Shown: positions 12,106-24,126 of the stretch, one piece after another
How positions within the stretch are numbered: position 1 is the first letter of the stretch
Layout: each line of letters opens with the position of its first letter
NCBI RefSeq assembly: GCF_001194135.2
Contig: NC_069007.1
Span: forward strand, 21,079,249 to 21,143,248
Reading direction: 5' to 3'
DNA: 64,000 nucleotides
Source of the DNA: Octopus bimaculoides
Taxonomy: Eukaryota
Notes under the pieces: generated by a model
Database searches by the model: none
Seen by the model: only the letters and a program-made list of their open reading frames with translations
What the model was told of the DNA's origin: nothing
Program-made: the position numbers and the translations under genes

Positions 12106-12368
12106 CTCTCCAGGAAAAATAAAATCAATCCTTCAATAACTTTTCAAAAATAATTCTTCTCTCACCAAAATATATGGATATTTTTCGTCTTTATACTTTA
12201 TTCCAAACAAATATCACTTCTCTTATATTTCTTCTAAATGTGATGTTTGTCAATGTTTAGAAATGTTGCAAATACTCTTTGTAAATTCATGAAAGTATAT
12301 TTACAAGAGAAAATTATCTCAGACACAGAGGTAAAGAAATGGTTCTTCTCTCAGAGGGAATATTTTAC

Positions 12369-12501
12369 AGTAATTCAGCAGTGTTTCATAGAAGCCGGGT
12401 TATACGTTTGTAGAATATCTTTGCAGAGTCTTTCGAACATGATACATATTGGTGATTCTTTAAAAGTAAAAAATACTCTTTAGCCAATTTCATGTGATTT
12501 T
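12369..12501 (-). promoter_or_regulatory. Conserved leader block (putative non-coding exon 2)
   Basis: ttctttcag acceptor, uORF MFERLCKDILQTYNPASMKHC*, GTAAAA after it. Confidence 0.6.
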
Positions 12502-12999
12502 CTGAAAGAATAGAAAAATAATATAAGACATAGAATATGTTTAAGAGTTAGATATTCAAAAGTATTAATTTATGACATTAAATCCATTAGAGTTCAACAG
12601 GATTATTTATTATTGCTGACGGGAGCTGGCACGTCAATCGTCGTAAAGTCGATCGGTCGTAAGTCGACTACGACCTGCATTGGTTAATGTGGATAATTAA
12701 ATTAGTGAAGATATTTCTCTAAACGTTGTTATTTTACTTAAATTTTTTATCACCTTAATATTTACACTTTTAAAATTAGAGTATCTGCGCGCATGTCTTT
12801 TATTTCTTTAAAATCATTACATCTTATGACTGATATTTTTCATCGTTATTGTTTCGAAACGAAAACGAAATATTGTCTACGTCCAAGAATGAAAAATACA
12901 TTCATATTAAAAGTAGACGTAACACGAAGAGAGGAGGGAGAAAAGAATAACTAATGTAATTAATTTAAAATAACATTAAAGAAAAAGATATTAACTGCA

Positions 13000-13660
13000 A
13001 GTTGTAATGATGCAGAGGAACCAACAGCAATAAATAGTTCCACTATTTCAAATAAATGTTCCATTTCTTCAGTAGGTGTTATTTCCTTTTCGTTTCAGTA
13101 CTTCAAATACACGCTCGTATTTTTATACGTTACCAAACATTTAACTAAATTACCGAATTTACATGTCAGAGATAAAGAGAAATTTTGTTTGAACATAGTA
13201 TTGATCTGACGTTAAGAATATAAGACATAACAGAAATAACCAAAACTGCAATGGAATGTCTAAAAACAAAAACAACATAATTAAAATAACAATATAATTT
13301 CGTCTTTGTTTAATGAAATTCTTTTAACTTATTGAACACATCGAAACAAATAGATGTACGTAATATGACACATATCCACTAAAAATATTTATATAAATAC
13401 AATACTTACATCGAAATATATATGCGTAAAGCCAGTCAACGAGGAAGATGTGACAATATATTGAAGTAGTGAGAATCTAAGTCTTGTGGACAAATAACAG
13501 CTTCAACAGAATTTCTAGATTTGATTCATATTTTTCAGATCAATATAAAGAAAAGAATGCTGTTTCTATTTCTTTACACAGTTAATTACCAACCATGTAT
13601 ATTTAATTGGGTTTTCACTTAACTATCAGTTATAAAGTGGAGCCGATCGAGCAGGACAGA
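13000..13660 (-). promoter_or_regulatory. Upstream cassette module (putative exon 1 + intron start) of the 10888 gene
   Basis: Reverse complement of the shared module; GTAAGTA donor at 13409. Confidence 0.6.
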
Positions 13661-13859
13661 CGTGTACGAAGCAACAACAGGAAATAAACAGAATTGGGAA
13701 GGTTTAACAATTAACTGACTAGGGGAGCTGACTCTATTTTCAACATCAGTCTGGCATTACTTAATGTTTTATACTAGTGTAGACGTGTCGTCAAAAATAG
13801 CGGAGGTTTATTTATGATAGAAAATGACATTATCAAAGCAATGAGAGAAACGATTAATA

Positions 13860-14105
13860 CATGTCGGATTTTGTGATCCTTTCTAACAATCCGCGTAAGA
13901 GTCTGACGGACCCTATCTGAAAGTTTTGGTTTTCTTCCGGAGTTTTGTTTCGACGAGGAAGTTTTTCCCTCTTTCTCAAAAGCTGTCATTACTCTCGAAA
14001 CAGTACTTCTTGAATCACCAAACATTTTGCCTGTTTTCGTTACGCTAGCGCCTGCTATACGAGCACCAACAATTTGACCCCTTTGAAAGTCTGATAGATC
14101 AGTAT
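13860..14105 (-). mobile_element. Tc1-like transposase N-terminal (paired-like HTH) remnant
   Basis: DLSDFQRGQIVGARIAGASVTKT..SRSTVSRVMTAFEKEGKTSS..GRKPKLSDR, including the GRPR-like motif. Confidence 0.85.
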
Positions 14106-14201
14106 GTATATACACAGAACTGAATCATTTCAAGAATAATATACGAATGTAACTTCTCGGTTGAAAATATCGACCACATAATGTATAAGTATAACACATA
14201 T

Positions 14202-14232
14202 ACAGGCGTTGGAAAAAATAATGCAAACACCT
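14202..14232 (+). mobile_element. Tc1-type TIR-like end
   Basis: TA|caggcgttggaaaaaataatgcaaacacc. It points away from the adjacent transposase, so it is probably a separate fragment. Confidence 0.35.
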
Positions 14233-14494
14233 CGCATCATAGCATCATAATATTGAAATATCTATAAAACCGTCAAAAGCTCTGGCGGAGGTTTGCGCTC
14301 TCTGAGTGCTCTTGTTAGAATTGTTTTCAGTACCATTCCGTATCTAATGTCATAGCACATACATGAAATGGTGCCTTGAAAGAATGTGTAACAGCCAAGC
14401 ATTTTATATGGCTTATATCGGGATGAAAATTATAAGTATAAAACTATAAAGTTATTGAATAAACGGACAGACATCAGTCTTTATCATGTTGAAG

Positions 14495-15180
14495 AGTTAG
14501 TTCCCTTGTCAGTTAATTGCTAAATTTTACCAATCAGGTGTGTTTATTGGCATCATCTACATCAATGTTATTTGATCATTTCCACTTTACAACTGATATT
14601 TAAAAGAAAACTCAATTAATTATACATGATTGGTAATTAAATGTGTAAAGAAATAGATGCAGCATTAATTGTGTTGACCTGAAAAATACAAATCGCTGTT
14701 TGCTATAGAAATCTAGAAATTCTCTTGAAGTTGTCACTGTCCACTGTGACTCTCTCTCTCTCTCTTGTTATGTTAATATGTAAGTATTATATTTGTATAA
14801 ACATTTCTATTATATACGTGTATTATTAAATGCATCTGATTCGATGTGTTGAGTAAGTTAAAAGAAAGAATCTCACTAAACAAAGACGAAATTATATGAA
14901 AGCAAGGCTGTTCTTTTAATACTTTCATTGTTGTCGTTTTCTTGTTTTTGATAACGTCAGATCAATACCTTGTCTACACAACATTTCTCTTTATTTCTGA
15001 CAAGTAAATTTGACAGTTTAGTTGAATGTGAGAAAATTACGATGTAATTTGTATAAGAAAATGGGGAATGTATAAAAATATGATTGTTTACTTAAAAAAC
15101 TGAAACGAAATGGAACGGCATTTATTGGAAGCAGGGAGTCTTTATTTCCGGTGGTTCTTTGCATCGTTACAACTTCCAAT
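14495..15180 (+). promoter_or_regulatory. Upstream cassette module of the 16811 gene
   Basis: Shared block; GTAAGTA donor at 14780. Confidence 0.6.
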
Positions 15181-15572
15181 TGATACAGTATTTTGCTAAT
15201 TTCTCAGAAATTACTTAGGCTTTCTCTCTTCATGATAAAAGTTCTTTTGATATGAATGTTTTTTTCACTCCCTGAAGTAAACAATATCTCGCTTATTTTT
15301 TTTTCGAAAGGAAATCAAAAGATTATAATACCCTGAATATTTCAATTTTAGAAGTATGTATATTGCTATAAAATATTAAAGATTTAAGTAAAATAAGAAG
15401 GAGGGTGGAATTACTTTCAGTTATGTCTATACCATCAAAGTTGAGAGGAGGATCGTCACTAATTTAATTCTCTATGTCAACAATTTTTCCTCGAACATCA
15501 GAAAGTCTCCGCGAAAGATTCTGATGCTGATAGTCAGACATCGACATTAAATTCTTTACTAACTTTTCTTCA

Positions 15573-15776
15573 GGTACTACTAAAGCAGCGTGGTCCCGAA
15601 TGCGCAGTCCGCGCTAGCTAGTCGTGAGTGGTCGATCCTAACCCTAACCCTATCCCTAAACACGTATTCATTTGCACACACGCTCACTTTTTGTAGGATC
15701 GACCACTCACGACTAGCTAGCGCGGACGCGCAACTGCGCGACTGCGAGTTCGGGACCACGCTGCTTTAGTAGTACC
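15573..15776. mobile_element. 204-bp Merlin-like MITE with 9-bp TSD
   Basis: TIR ggtactactaaagcagcgtggtcccgaa / ttcgggaccacgctgctttagtagtacc; second inner IR of ~34 bp; TSD ttttcttca at 15564-15572 and 15777-15785. Confidence 0.85.
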
Positions 15777-15949
15777 TTTTCTTCATGTTTCATGCTCCAC
15801 AAGGTATCGACTTTAAGCTGCCTCTGTGTATATATTTGTTGTATATTTATGAATGTACAGAAAGAGGCAGAGGAGGGGTGACATTTGTGTTACCAAACAA
15901 AGCTGTGTTGATAAGATAGAACACAGATGTGAACATATTTGAGCATGGC

Positions 15950-16172
15950 CATTGCCAGTACCACCTGACTGGCCCTCGTGCCGGTGGCACGTAAAAGCAC
16001 CCACTACACTCTCGGTGTGGTTGGCGTTAGGAAGGACATCCAGCTGTAGAAACTTTGCCAAATCAGATTGGAGCCTGGTGTAGCCATCTGGTTTCACCAG
16101 TCCTCAGTCAAATCGTCTAACCCATGCTAGCATGGAAAGAGGACTTTAAACGACGATGACGATGATGAAGAT
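15950..16172 (+). mobile_element. 5'-truncated RTE LINE (3' UTR) with GAY-repeat tail
   Basis: gttggcgttaggaaggacatccagctgtagaaac...catgctagcatggaaag...gacgatgatg. Confidence 0.75.
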
Positions 16173-16384
16173 GTAGTGCCATTAACATGGATAATATTAG
16201 TGTGTCTGTGTGACAGACTTATATGTATCCATGAGTTGTTATAGATGTTTCTACTCTATTATATAAACTTCTTGGAAATACAGATATTGGATAAGTTTAA
16301 TAGTTCAAATAGAGGTTGTGAATATACATTTTTGAATATCTACCTTTTAAACATGTGTTATATCTTATTTTTCTATTCTTTCAG

Positions 16385-16518
16385 AAAATCACATAAAATT
16401 GGCTAAAAAGTATTTTTTTACTTTTAAAGAATCACCAATATGTATCATGTTTGAAAGACTCTGCAAAGATGTTCTACAAACATATAACCAGGCTTCTATA
16501 AAACATGGCTGAATTACA
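16385..16518 (+). promoter_or_regulatory. Conserved leader block (putative exon 2)
   Basis: Acceptor AG 16383-4; uORF 16447-16512; GT at 16519. Confidence 0.6.
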
Positions 16519-16810
16519 GTAAAATATTTCGTCTGAGAGAAAAACAAGGAATTTTTTTACTTCTGTGTCTGAAATGAAGAAGAGATAATTTTCTCTTTTA
16601 AACATACTTTGATGAATTATCAAAAGTATTTGCAACATTTCTAAATATTGACAATGATCACATTTAGAAAAAAGTATAACAAAAGTGATATTTGTTTGGA
16701 ATAAACTATAAAAACAAAAATAACAATATGCATATATTTTGGTGAGAAAAGAAATATTTTTGAAAAGTTATTGAAGTGTACAACTTGAAGGATTGATTTT
16801 TCCTGAAGAG

Positions 16811-18187
16811 ATGTCAGAAGAATTAGGAAAATCATCACATGACTGTGGCATCAGCACAAAGTCATTCTCAGAAGAAGGTAAACTCAATCTACATAAACAA
16901 ATTCATAGAGGAGAAAAACAACATCATTGTTATATCTGTGGTAAATCATTCTCTTACAAAAGAAATTTAACTAGACACAATCGTATTCATACTGGAGAGA
17001 AACCATATGAGTGTGATGTCTGTAATAAATCATTCTCTCAAAGAGATAATTTAACTGCTCACAAACGCATTCATACAGGAGAGAAACCATATCAGTGTGA
17101 TATCTGCAGTAAGTCATTCTCTCGAAATCACCAATTAACTGAACACAGACGTACTCATACAGGAGAAAAACCAAATCGTTGTGACATCTGTGGTGTAACA
17201 TTTGCTGCTATGAGCACTGTAATTGCACACAAGCGTATCCATACAGGAATAAAACTATACCAATGTGATATCTGTGGTAAATCATTCTCTGCTGTGAGTA
17301 CCTTAACTACTCACAAACGCATTCATACTGGTGAGAAACCATTTCATTGTGATATCTGTGGTAAAGCATTTTCTGAAAGACATAAGGTAACCACTCACAA
17401 ACGCATTCATACAGGGGAGAAACCATTTCATTGTGATATCTGTGGTAAAGCATTCTCTCAGAAAACTGACATAACTACTCACAAACGTATTCATACAGGG
17501 GAGAAACCGTATCATTGTGACATCTGTGGTAAATCATTCTCTGTTGGCAGTAGTTTAACTCAACACAAATATATTCATACAGGTGAGAAACCACATCACT
17601 GTGATATCTGTGGTAAATCATTCTATAAAAATTCACAATTAGTCAGTCATAAACGCATTCATACAGGAGAAAAGCCATACCACTGTGATATCTGTGGTAA
17701 GTCATTCTCTCAAAATAAGAATTTAACTACCCATAAACGCACTCATACAGGTGAGAAGCCATATTACTGTGATATTTGTGGTAATTCATTCTCTCAAAGT
17801 TACCAGTTAACTCTACACAGACGTATTCACACAGGGCAAAAACCATATCACTGTGATATCTGTGGTAAGTCATTCTCTCAAAATCAACACTTAGCTATAC
17901 ACAAACGCACTCATACAGGAGAGAAACCATATCACTGTGATATCTGTGGTAAATCATTTGCTGTTAGAAGTAAGGTAACTTCTCACAAACGTGTTCATAC
18001 AGGGGAGAAACCGTATCATTGTGACATCTGTGGTAAATCATTCTCTTTTGGATGTAGTTTAACCACTCACAAACGTACCCATACAGGTGAGGAAGTACAT
18101 TATTGTGATATCTGTGGGAAATCGTTTTCTTATGGATGTAGTTTAACTAGACACAAACGTATTCATACTGGAGAGAAGCCATGTTAG
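16811..18187 (+). CDS. C2H2 zinc-finger protein, 458 aa, 15 intact + 1 degenerate finger
   Basis: ATG at 16811 (MSEELGKSS); regular 28-aa repeats. Confidence 0.95.
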   Translation: MSEELGKSSHDCGISTKSFSEEGKLNLHKQIHRGEKQHHCYICGKSFSYKRNLTRHNRIHTGEKPYECDVCNKSFSQRDNLTAHKRIHTGEKPYQCDICSKSFSRNHQLTEHRRTHTGEKPNRCDICGVTFAAMSTVIAHKRIHTGIKLYQCDICGKSFSAVSTLTTHKRIHTGEKPFHCDICGKAFSERHKVTTHKRIHTGEKPFHCDICGKAFSQKTDITTHKRIHTGEKPYHCDICGKSFSVGSSLTQHKYIHTGEKPHHCDICGKSFYKNSQLVSHKRIHTGEKPYHCDICGKSFSQNKNLTTHKRTHTGEKPYYCDICGNSFSQSYQLTLHRRIHTGQKPYHCDICGKSFSQNQHLAIHKRTHTGEKPYHCDICGKSFAVRSKVTSHKRVHTGEKPYHCDICGKSFSFGCSLTTHKRTHTGEEVHYCDICGKSFSYGCSLTRHKRIHTGEKPC

Positions 18188-18334
18188 TTAATCATTCTCT
18201 GTTCAGATTAGCTTCACTGAAAACGAATTTATTTATACAAGAGAGAGACTATACAACTGCGATATCATATTCATATCTGTTGCATCTAACTTTTCCTGAA
18301 GAGAGGAATTTTGCATCCCATACATATGTGTAGA

Positions 18335-18377
<43 letters not shown>

Positions 18378-19054
18378 TGAGGCAGTCAAAGCAATTGTGG
18401 TCTTTCTAAGGTGAGGATCTATAATAAAAATGTAATTTTTCTATACAAACCTTTTGTTGTCAAATACTCTGAATTTCTTGAATTTCTGCCAATTATAATT
18501 ACATTTACTGATGTCTAATTGTTGAATAAACAGAAGAACATTCTTTTTTTCAATTTATATTAAAGGCAGAAATTTCCTGTACATTTATGTCTTGCAGAGT
18601 TTGTACAACTGAAAGTGCTAATAGAGAATTATCCAAAATTCTGACTAGTTCGTTCTTAATATATATGATGCACCATCAATTGATACAAATTGTCAAAAGT
18701 CAGTGAAAAATCTGGAAAATCTTTTCACTCAGTCTGCTAAATATATTCATTAAGTATTGACTTTTAGTAAAATGAGTTCTAATAAATATAGTAGAGATCT
18801 ATTTATTTTTTTATTTTGGTCATATCAATTTGTTGCTACGGTGAGTCTCACCTGTAGGACCACAGTATCTTCTGGTGTGTCATGACTCATAGCTTGCCTG
18901 AGGAGCCTGTGCACTGGCAGATGAAACTCAGAGTAACAAGAGGCTGACTCAACCCAAATAATACATACCTATATATAGAGAGAGTGAGAGAGAGATTTAG
19001 ATTCAAAATTGAATATGGTACTTATGTTTAGGCACCAGAATATAGTATGGTATC

Positions 19055-19076
19055 ATATATATATATATATAAATAC

Positions 19077-19120
<44 letters not shown>

Positions 19121-19440
19121 NNNNNNNNNNNNNNNNNNNNNNNNNNNNNNNNNNNNNNNNNNNNNNNNNNNNNNNNNNNNNNNNNNNNNNNNNNNNNNNN
19201 NNNNNNNNNNNNNNNNNNNNNNNNNNNNNNNNNNNNNNNNNNNNNNNNNNNNNNNNNNNNNNNNNNNNNNNNNNNNNNNNNNNNNNNNNNNNNNNNNNNN
19301 NNNNNNNNNNNNNNNNNNNNNNNNNNNNNNNNNNNNNNNNNNNNNNNNNNNNNNNNNNNNNNNNNNNNNNNNNNNNNNNTATAAATACGTATATATATAT
19401 ATATATATATATAAATACGTATATATATATATATAAATAC

Positions 19441-19475
<35 letters not shown>

Positions 19476-19490
19476 CGTATTTATATATGT
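19055..19490. repeat. (TA)n microsatellite with tataaatacg units, gap inside
   Basis: Directly visible. Confidence 0.9.
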
Positions 19491-19574
19491 AAGAGATCCT
19501 GGAATTCAACGTGGAAAATTATAAGAATACCTCATATATTCAAATTTTTACTACACTTGCAAATTTCCACCACG

Positions 19575-19870
19575 TGCAGCCGCAATTATTTAAAGAATAG
19601 AGTTACTTCCCCTCGTTCACTTAACGTTTCCTAATTTTGTTTATCTCGCATCTTAATTGCTTGATCAGTTCCACTTGACAACTGATATTTAAGAGAAAAT
19701 CCAATCAAATATATACATGATTGGTAATTAACTGTCTGAAGAATCAGATACAGCATTTTTCATTTTGTTGACTTGAAAAATATGAGTTAACGTTTGTTGT
19801 AAAGAGGAAGAAATTCTCTTGAAGCTGACTTGAGTTCTCACTACTTCAGCATATTCTCCCATTTTCCTCG
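19575..19870 (+). repeat. Orphan partial copy of the upstream cassette module
   Basis: Matches 21315-21610 but lacks the GTAAGT donor. Confidence 0.7.
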
Positions 19871-19917
19871 TTGTGATGGTGAATACATAGTGAAAAGTAA
19901 TGTTTTTTTTTTTTTTT

Positions 19918-19998
19918 ACTTCGACGGAATTTGAACTCAGAACGTAGCGGCAGACGAAATACCGCTAAGCATTTCGCCCGGCGTGCTAACCACTCTGG
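19918..19998 (-). mobile_element. tRNA-derived SINE, partial
   Basis: Near-identical to 20922-20995; cut by a gap. Confidence 0.75.
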
Positions 19999-20781
19999 NN
20001 NNNNNNNNNNNNNNNNNNNNNNNNNNNNNNNNNNNNNNNNNNNNNNNNNNNNNNNNNNNNNNNNNNNNNNNNNNNNNNNNNNNNNNNNNNNNNNNNNNNN
20101 NNNNNNNNNNNNNNNNNNNNNNNNNNNNNNNNNNNNNNNNNNNNNNNNNNNNNNNNNNNNNNNNNNNNNNNNNNNNNNNNNNNNNNNNNNNNNNNNNNNN
20201 NNNNNNNNNNNNNNNNNNNNNNNNNNNNNNNNNNNNNNNNNNNNNNNNNNNNNNNNNNNNNNNNNNNNNNNNNNNNNNNNNNNNNNNNNNNNNNNNNNNN
20301 NNNNNNNNNNNNNNNNNNNNNNNNNNNNNNNNNNNNNNNNNNNNNNNNNNNNNNNNNNNNNNNNNNNNNNNNNNNNNNNNNNNNNNNNNNNNNNNNNNNN
20401 NNNNNNNNNNNNNNNNNNNNNNNNNNNNNNNNNNNNNNNNNNNNNNNNNNNNNNNNNNNNNNNNNNNNNNNNNNNNNNNNNNNNNNNNNNNNNNNNNNNN
20501 NNNNNNNNNNNNNNNNNNNNNNNNNNNNNNNNNNNNNNNNNNNNNNNNNNNNNNNNNNNNNNNNNNNNNNNNNNNNNNNNNNNNNNNNNNNNNNNNNNNN
20601 NNNNNNNNNNNNNNNNNNNNNNNNNNNNNNNNNNNNNNNNNNNNNNNNNNNNNNNNNNNNNNNNNNNNNNNNNNNNNNNNNNNNNNNNNNNNNNNNNNNN
20701 NNNNNNNNNNNNNNNNNNNNNNNNNNNNNNNNGTAACGGCAGACGAAATGCTGCGAAGCATATCGCCCAGCGTGCTAACGA

Positions 20782-21006
20782 TTCTTATTTCTTTATTGCC
20801 CACAAGGGGCTAAACATAGAGGGGACAGACAAAGGGATTAAGTCGATTATATCGACTCCAGTGCGTAACTGGTACTTATTTAATCGACCCCGAAAGGATG
20901 AAAGGCAAAGTCGACCTCGGCGGAATTTGAACTCAGAACGTAGCGGCAGACGAAATACCGCTAAGCATTTCGCCCGGCGTGCTAACCACTCTGGCAGCTC
21001 GCCGCC
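20782..21006 (-). mobile_element. tRNA-derived SINE, full length
   Basis: Minus strand: ggcggcgagctgccagagtggttag (A box), gagttcaaattcc (B box), central ctttcatcctttcggggtcga, tail aataaagaaataagaa. Another head fragment lies at 20732-20781. Confidence 0.85.
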
Positions 21007-21314
21007 TTTACAAATTGAAATGTGTATTGGCTCTGACCCATCGCCTTCGCTTACAAGTTACCAATGAGGCGCTTTTCAGGGTAAGCCATGTTATACATTA
21101 AATTGTGGCCCCTATCTTTTACATATAAGGTAATTTTTTTAGTATACACATCTCGTTTTCTAGATAAGAAATTGTCTCCATGTAAATCTTAAAATGTAAT
21201 TTTTTCTGTTTATGAGAAAACTAGAAAAATAGGGTTGATGATAATAACAATAAAAGTGAGGAAGTAGAATATTCAAGAAATCTCTTTCAAAAACTATTAA
21301 ATTTATAAAAATAC

Positions 21315-22090
21315 AGCCGCAATTAATTAAAGAATAGAGTTAGTTCCCCTTGTTGATTGTAAAATCTCTTCCTCATTTCTTGTTCTTGTTACGCACCTGC
21401 ACTGCTTGATCAGTTCCACTTTACAACTGATATTTAAGAGAAAACCCTATTAAATATATACATGATTGGTAATTAACTGCCTGAAGAAAAAGATACGGCA
21501 TGTTTCATGTTGACCTGAAAAATATAAATCAATGTTTGTTGTAAAAATCTAGAAGTTCTATTTGAAGCTGTCATTGTCCAGTCTGACTTACATTCTCAAT
21601 ACTGCAACATATTCCTCGTTGACTCTTTCTCTCCATATCTATTACTATGTAAGTATTTATTTAAACATTTCCTTTATATATGTGTCGTATTATTTACATT
21701 TATTTGTTTCGATTTGTTGGGTAATTTAATAGAAAGAATCTCACTAAACAAAGACGAGATTACATGAAAGTAAGGCTGTTCTTTTAATACTTTCATTGCG
21801 TTGTCGTTTTCTTTTAGACATTTCATTGCACTTTTGGTTATTTCCTATATTTGTTAACTTCGGATCTATATCTTGCTTAGATAATATTTCTCTTTCTTTC
21901 TGACGTGTAAATTTGACAATTTCGTTAAATGCGAGAAAATTACGATGTAATTCATAAGAAATGGGGAATGTATAAAAATACGAGTGTGCACCTGAAATAC
22001 TGAAACGAAAGCGAATATCCGTATAGAGAGGAAATGGAACGGCTTTTATGTGAAACAAGAAGTCTATATTTCTGGTTGTTCTTCTGCAAC
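21315..22090 (+). promoter_or_regulatory. Upstream cassette module of the 22837 gene
   Basis: GTAAGTA donor at 21649. Confidence 0.6.
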
Positions 22091-22416
22091 ATTAAAAGTT
22101 AGAATTAATATCGTTTTTTTCTTTGTGGAGTGCTGCTTTAAGCACCTAATATCGTCACATTTTTTTATTTTGGGGAACTTTCAGAAATTTTTGCGTACGA
22201 GAATTCATTCGGTCATGCAAAAAAAAAACAAACTACGAGCTATTTAGCTGTTATTTTTCGCACATCCCACGACCACCTGATACCGTCCTAGTTTCTCGGT
22301 CACTGAGGGTTTTCGAGATCTTTTTCCACATAAATACATTCGTCGTAAATTTGCACTTTTGAATATCTACCTTTTAAACATATTTTATGCCTTATATTAT
22401 TTTTCTATTCTTTCAG

Positions 22417-22550
22417 ATAATCACATGAAATTGGCTAAAAAGTATTTTTTTACTTTTAAAGAATCTTCAATATGTATCATACTTGAAAGACTCTGCAAAG
22501 ATATTCTACAAACGTATAACCCTGCTTCTATAAAACGTTGCTGAATTACT
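22417..22550 (+). promoter_or_regulatory. Conserved leader block
   Basis: Acceptor 22415-6; the uORF ATG is ATA in this copy; GT at 22551. Confidence 0.55.
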
Positions 22551-22836
22551 GTGAAATATTTCCTCTGAGAGAGAAAGCATTTCTTTCCTTTAGTGTCTGA
22601 AATGTGCAAGAGACAATTTTCTGTTTTAAGTATACTTTGATGAATTTACAAAAGTATTTGCAACATTTCTAAATATTGATTAAGATCACATTTAGAAGAA
22701 AAGTGATATCTGTTTGGAATAAACTATAAAAGTAAAGAGAAGAAAAATATTGATATATTTTGGTGAGAGGAGAGACATTTTTGAAAAGTTATTCACGTGT
22801 AAAATTTGAAGGATTGGCTTTATTTTTCTTAAAGAG

Positions 22837-24126
22837 ATGTTGGAAGAATTAGGAAAATCATCACATGACTGTGACATCTGCAAAGAGTCATTCCTAGAAA
22901 AACGTAAATCCAATAAAAACCAAGAGATTCATACAAGTGAAGAACCATATCCCTGTGATATCTGTGGTAAATCATTGTCTGACAGGACAAGTTTAAATCA
23001 ACACAAACGTATTCATACAGGGGAGAAACCCTATCACTGTGATATCTGTGGTAAATCATTCTCTCAGAACAGTACCTTAACTCAGCACAAACGCATTCAT
23101 ACAGGTGAGAAACCATATTCCTGTGATATCTGTGGTAAATCATTCTCTGTTGGCAGTACTTTAACTAAACACCAACGTATTCATACAGGAGAGAAACCAT
23201 ATGATTGTGATATCTGTGGTAAATTATTCTATGAAAGAAGTAACTTAACTACTCATAAACGGATTCATACAGGGGAGAAACCGTATCCTTGTGATATCTG
23301 TGGTACATCATTCTCTCATCACAGTCATTTAATTCGACATACACGTATTCATACAGGTGAGAAACCATATCAGTGTCATATCTGTGGTAGATCATTCTCT
23401 GTTGGCAATAACTTAACTAAACACAAACGTATTCATACAGGTGAGAAACCATATTACTGTGATATCTGTGGTAAATCATTCTCTTCTGGAAGTGACTTAA
23501 TTGAACACAAACGTATTCATACAGGTGAGAAACCATATCACTGCGATATCTGTGGTAAATCATTCTCTTCTGGAAGTACCTTAACTAAACACAAACATAT
23601 TCATACAGGTGACAAACCATATCACTGTGATATCTGTGGTAAATCATTCTCTCTTGGCACTAACTTAAATAAACACAGACGTATTCATACAGGGGAGAAA
23701 CCATATCGCTGCGATATCTGTGGTAAATCATTTTCTGATGACAGTAGCTTAACTAAACATAAACGTATTCATACAGGAGAAAAACCATATCGCTGTGATA
23801 TCTGTGGTAAATCATTCTCTGATGGCAGTAGCTTAACTAAACACAAACGTATTCATACAGGGGAGAAACCATATCACTGTGATATCTGTGGTAGATCATT
23901 CTCTGAAAGCAGTAGCTTAACTACTCACAAACGTATTCATACAGGGGAGAAACCATATCGCTGTGATATCTGTGGTGCATCATTCTCTCAAAACAGTAGC
24001 TTAACTACCCATAAACGTATTCATTCAGGAGAGAAACCATATCACTGTGATATCTGTAATAAATCATTCTCTGAAAGTCGGCATTTAACTAGACATAAGC
24101 ATATTCATTCTGTAAAAAAATCCTAA
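22837..24126 (+). CDS. C2H2 zinc-finger protein, 429 aa, 14 intact + 1 degenerate finger
   Basis: Regular C2H2 repeats; starts MLEELGKSS. Confidence 0.95.
   Translation: MLEELGKSSHDCDICKESFLEKRKSNKNQEIHTSEEPYPCDICGKSLSDRTSLNQHKRIHTGEKPYHCDICGKSFSQNSTLTQHKRIHTGEKPYSCDICGKSFSVGSTLTKHQRIHTGEKPYDCDICGKLFYERSNLTTHKRIHTGEKPYPCDICGTSFSHHSHLIRHTRIHTGEKPYQCHICGRSFSVGNNLTKHKRIHTGEKPYYCDICGKSFSSGSDLIEHKRIHTGEKPYHCDICGKSFSSGSTLTKHKHIHTGDKPYHCDICGKSFSLGTNLNKHRRIHTGEKPYRCDICGKSFSDDSSLTKHKRIHTGEKPYRCDICGKSFSDGSSLTKHKRIHTGEKPYHCDICGRSFSESSSLTTHKRIHTGEKPYRCDICGASFSQNSSLTTHKRIHSGEKPYHCDICNKSFSESRHLTRHKHIHSVKKS

Noticed and set aside
12247-12483. Recurrent antisense ORF ..FTVIQQRFIEAGLYVCRISLQSLSNMIHIGDSLKVK (also 22421, 35376, 48059, 54725)
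   Set aside because: Reverse strand of the leader block; starts and ends vary between copies, and splice signals favour the other strand.
12625-12685. CpG-rich mini-hairpin gtcgta-agtcgac-tacgac
   Set aside because: Only a 6-bp stem, single copy, no TSD.
15648-15660. Interstitial telomere or fusion site
   Set aside because: Only about two CCCTAA units, enclosed in a MITE with a TSD.
16385-16518. Leader block as a C/D snoRNA
   Set aside because: CTGA is present but there is no RTGATGA box C or terminal stem on either strand.
16793-16810. ORF-track start MIFPEE
   Set aside because: It is a TTG within the pyrimidine tract; the family ATG is at 16811.
20782-21006. tRNA gene
   Set aside because: A/B boxes are present but followed by a SINE body and tail, with multiple decayed copies and no cloverleaf.
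22359-22544. 39-aa peptide MKLAKKYFFTFKESPICIMFERL.. as a KRAB-like domain
   Set aside because: The T-run varies from 6 to 9 between copies and breaks the frame, two copies lack the first ATG, and there is no resemblance to KRAB. Only the last 21 codons are frame-stable.
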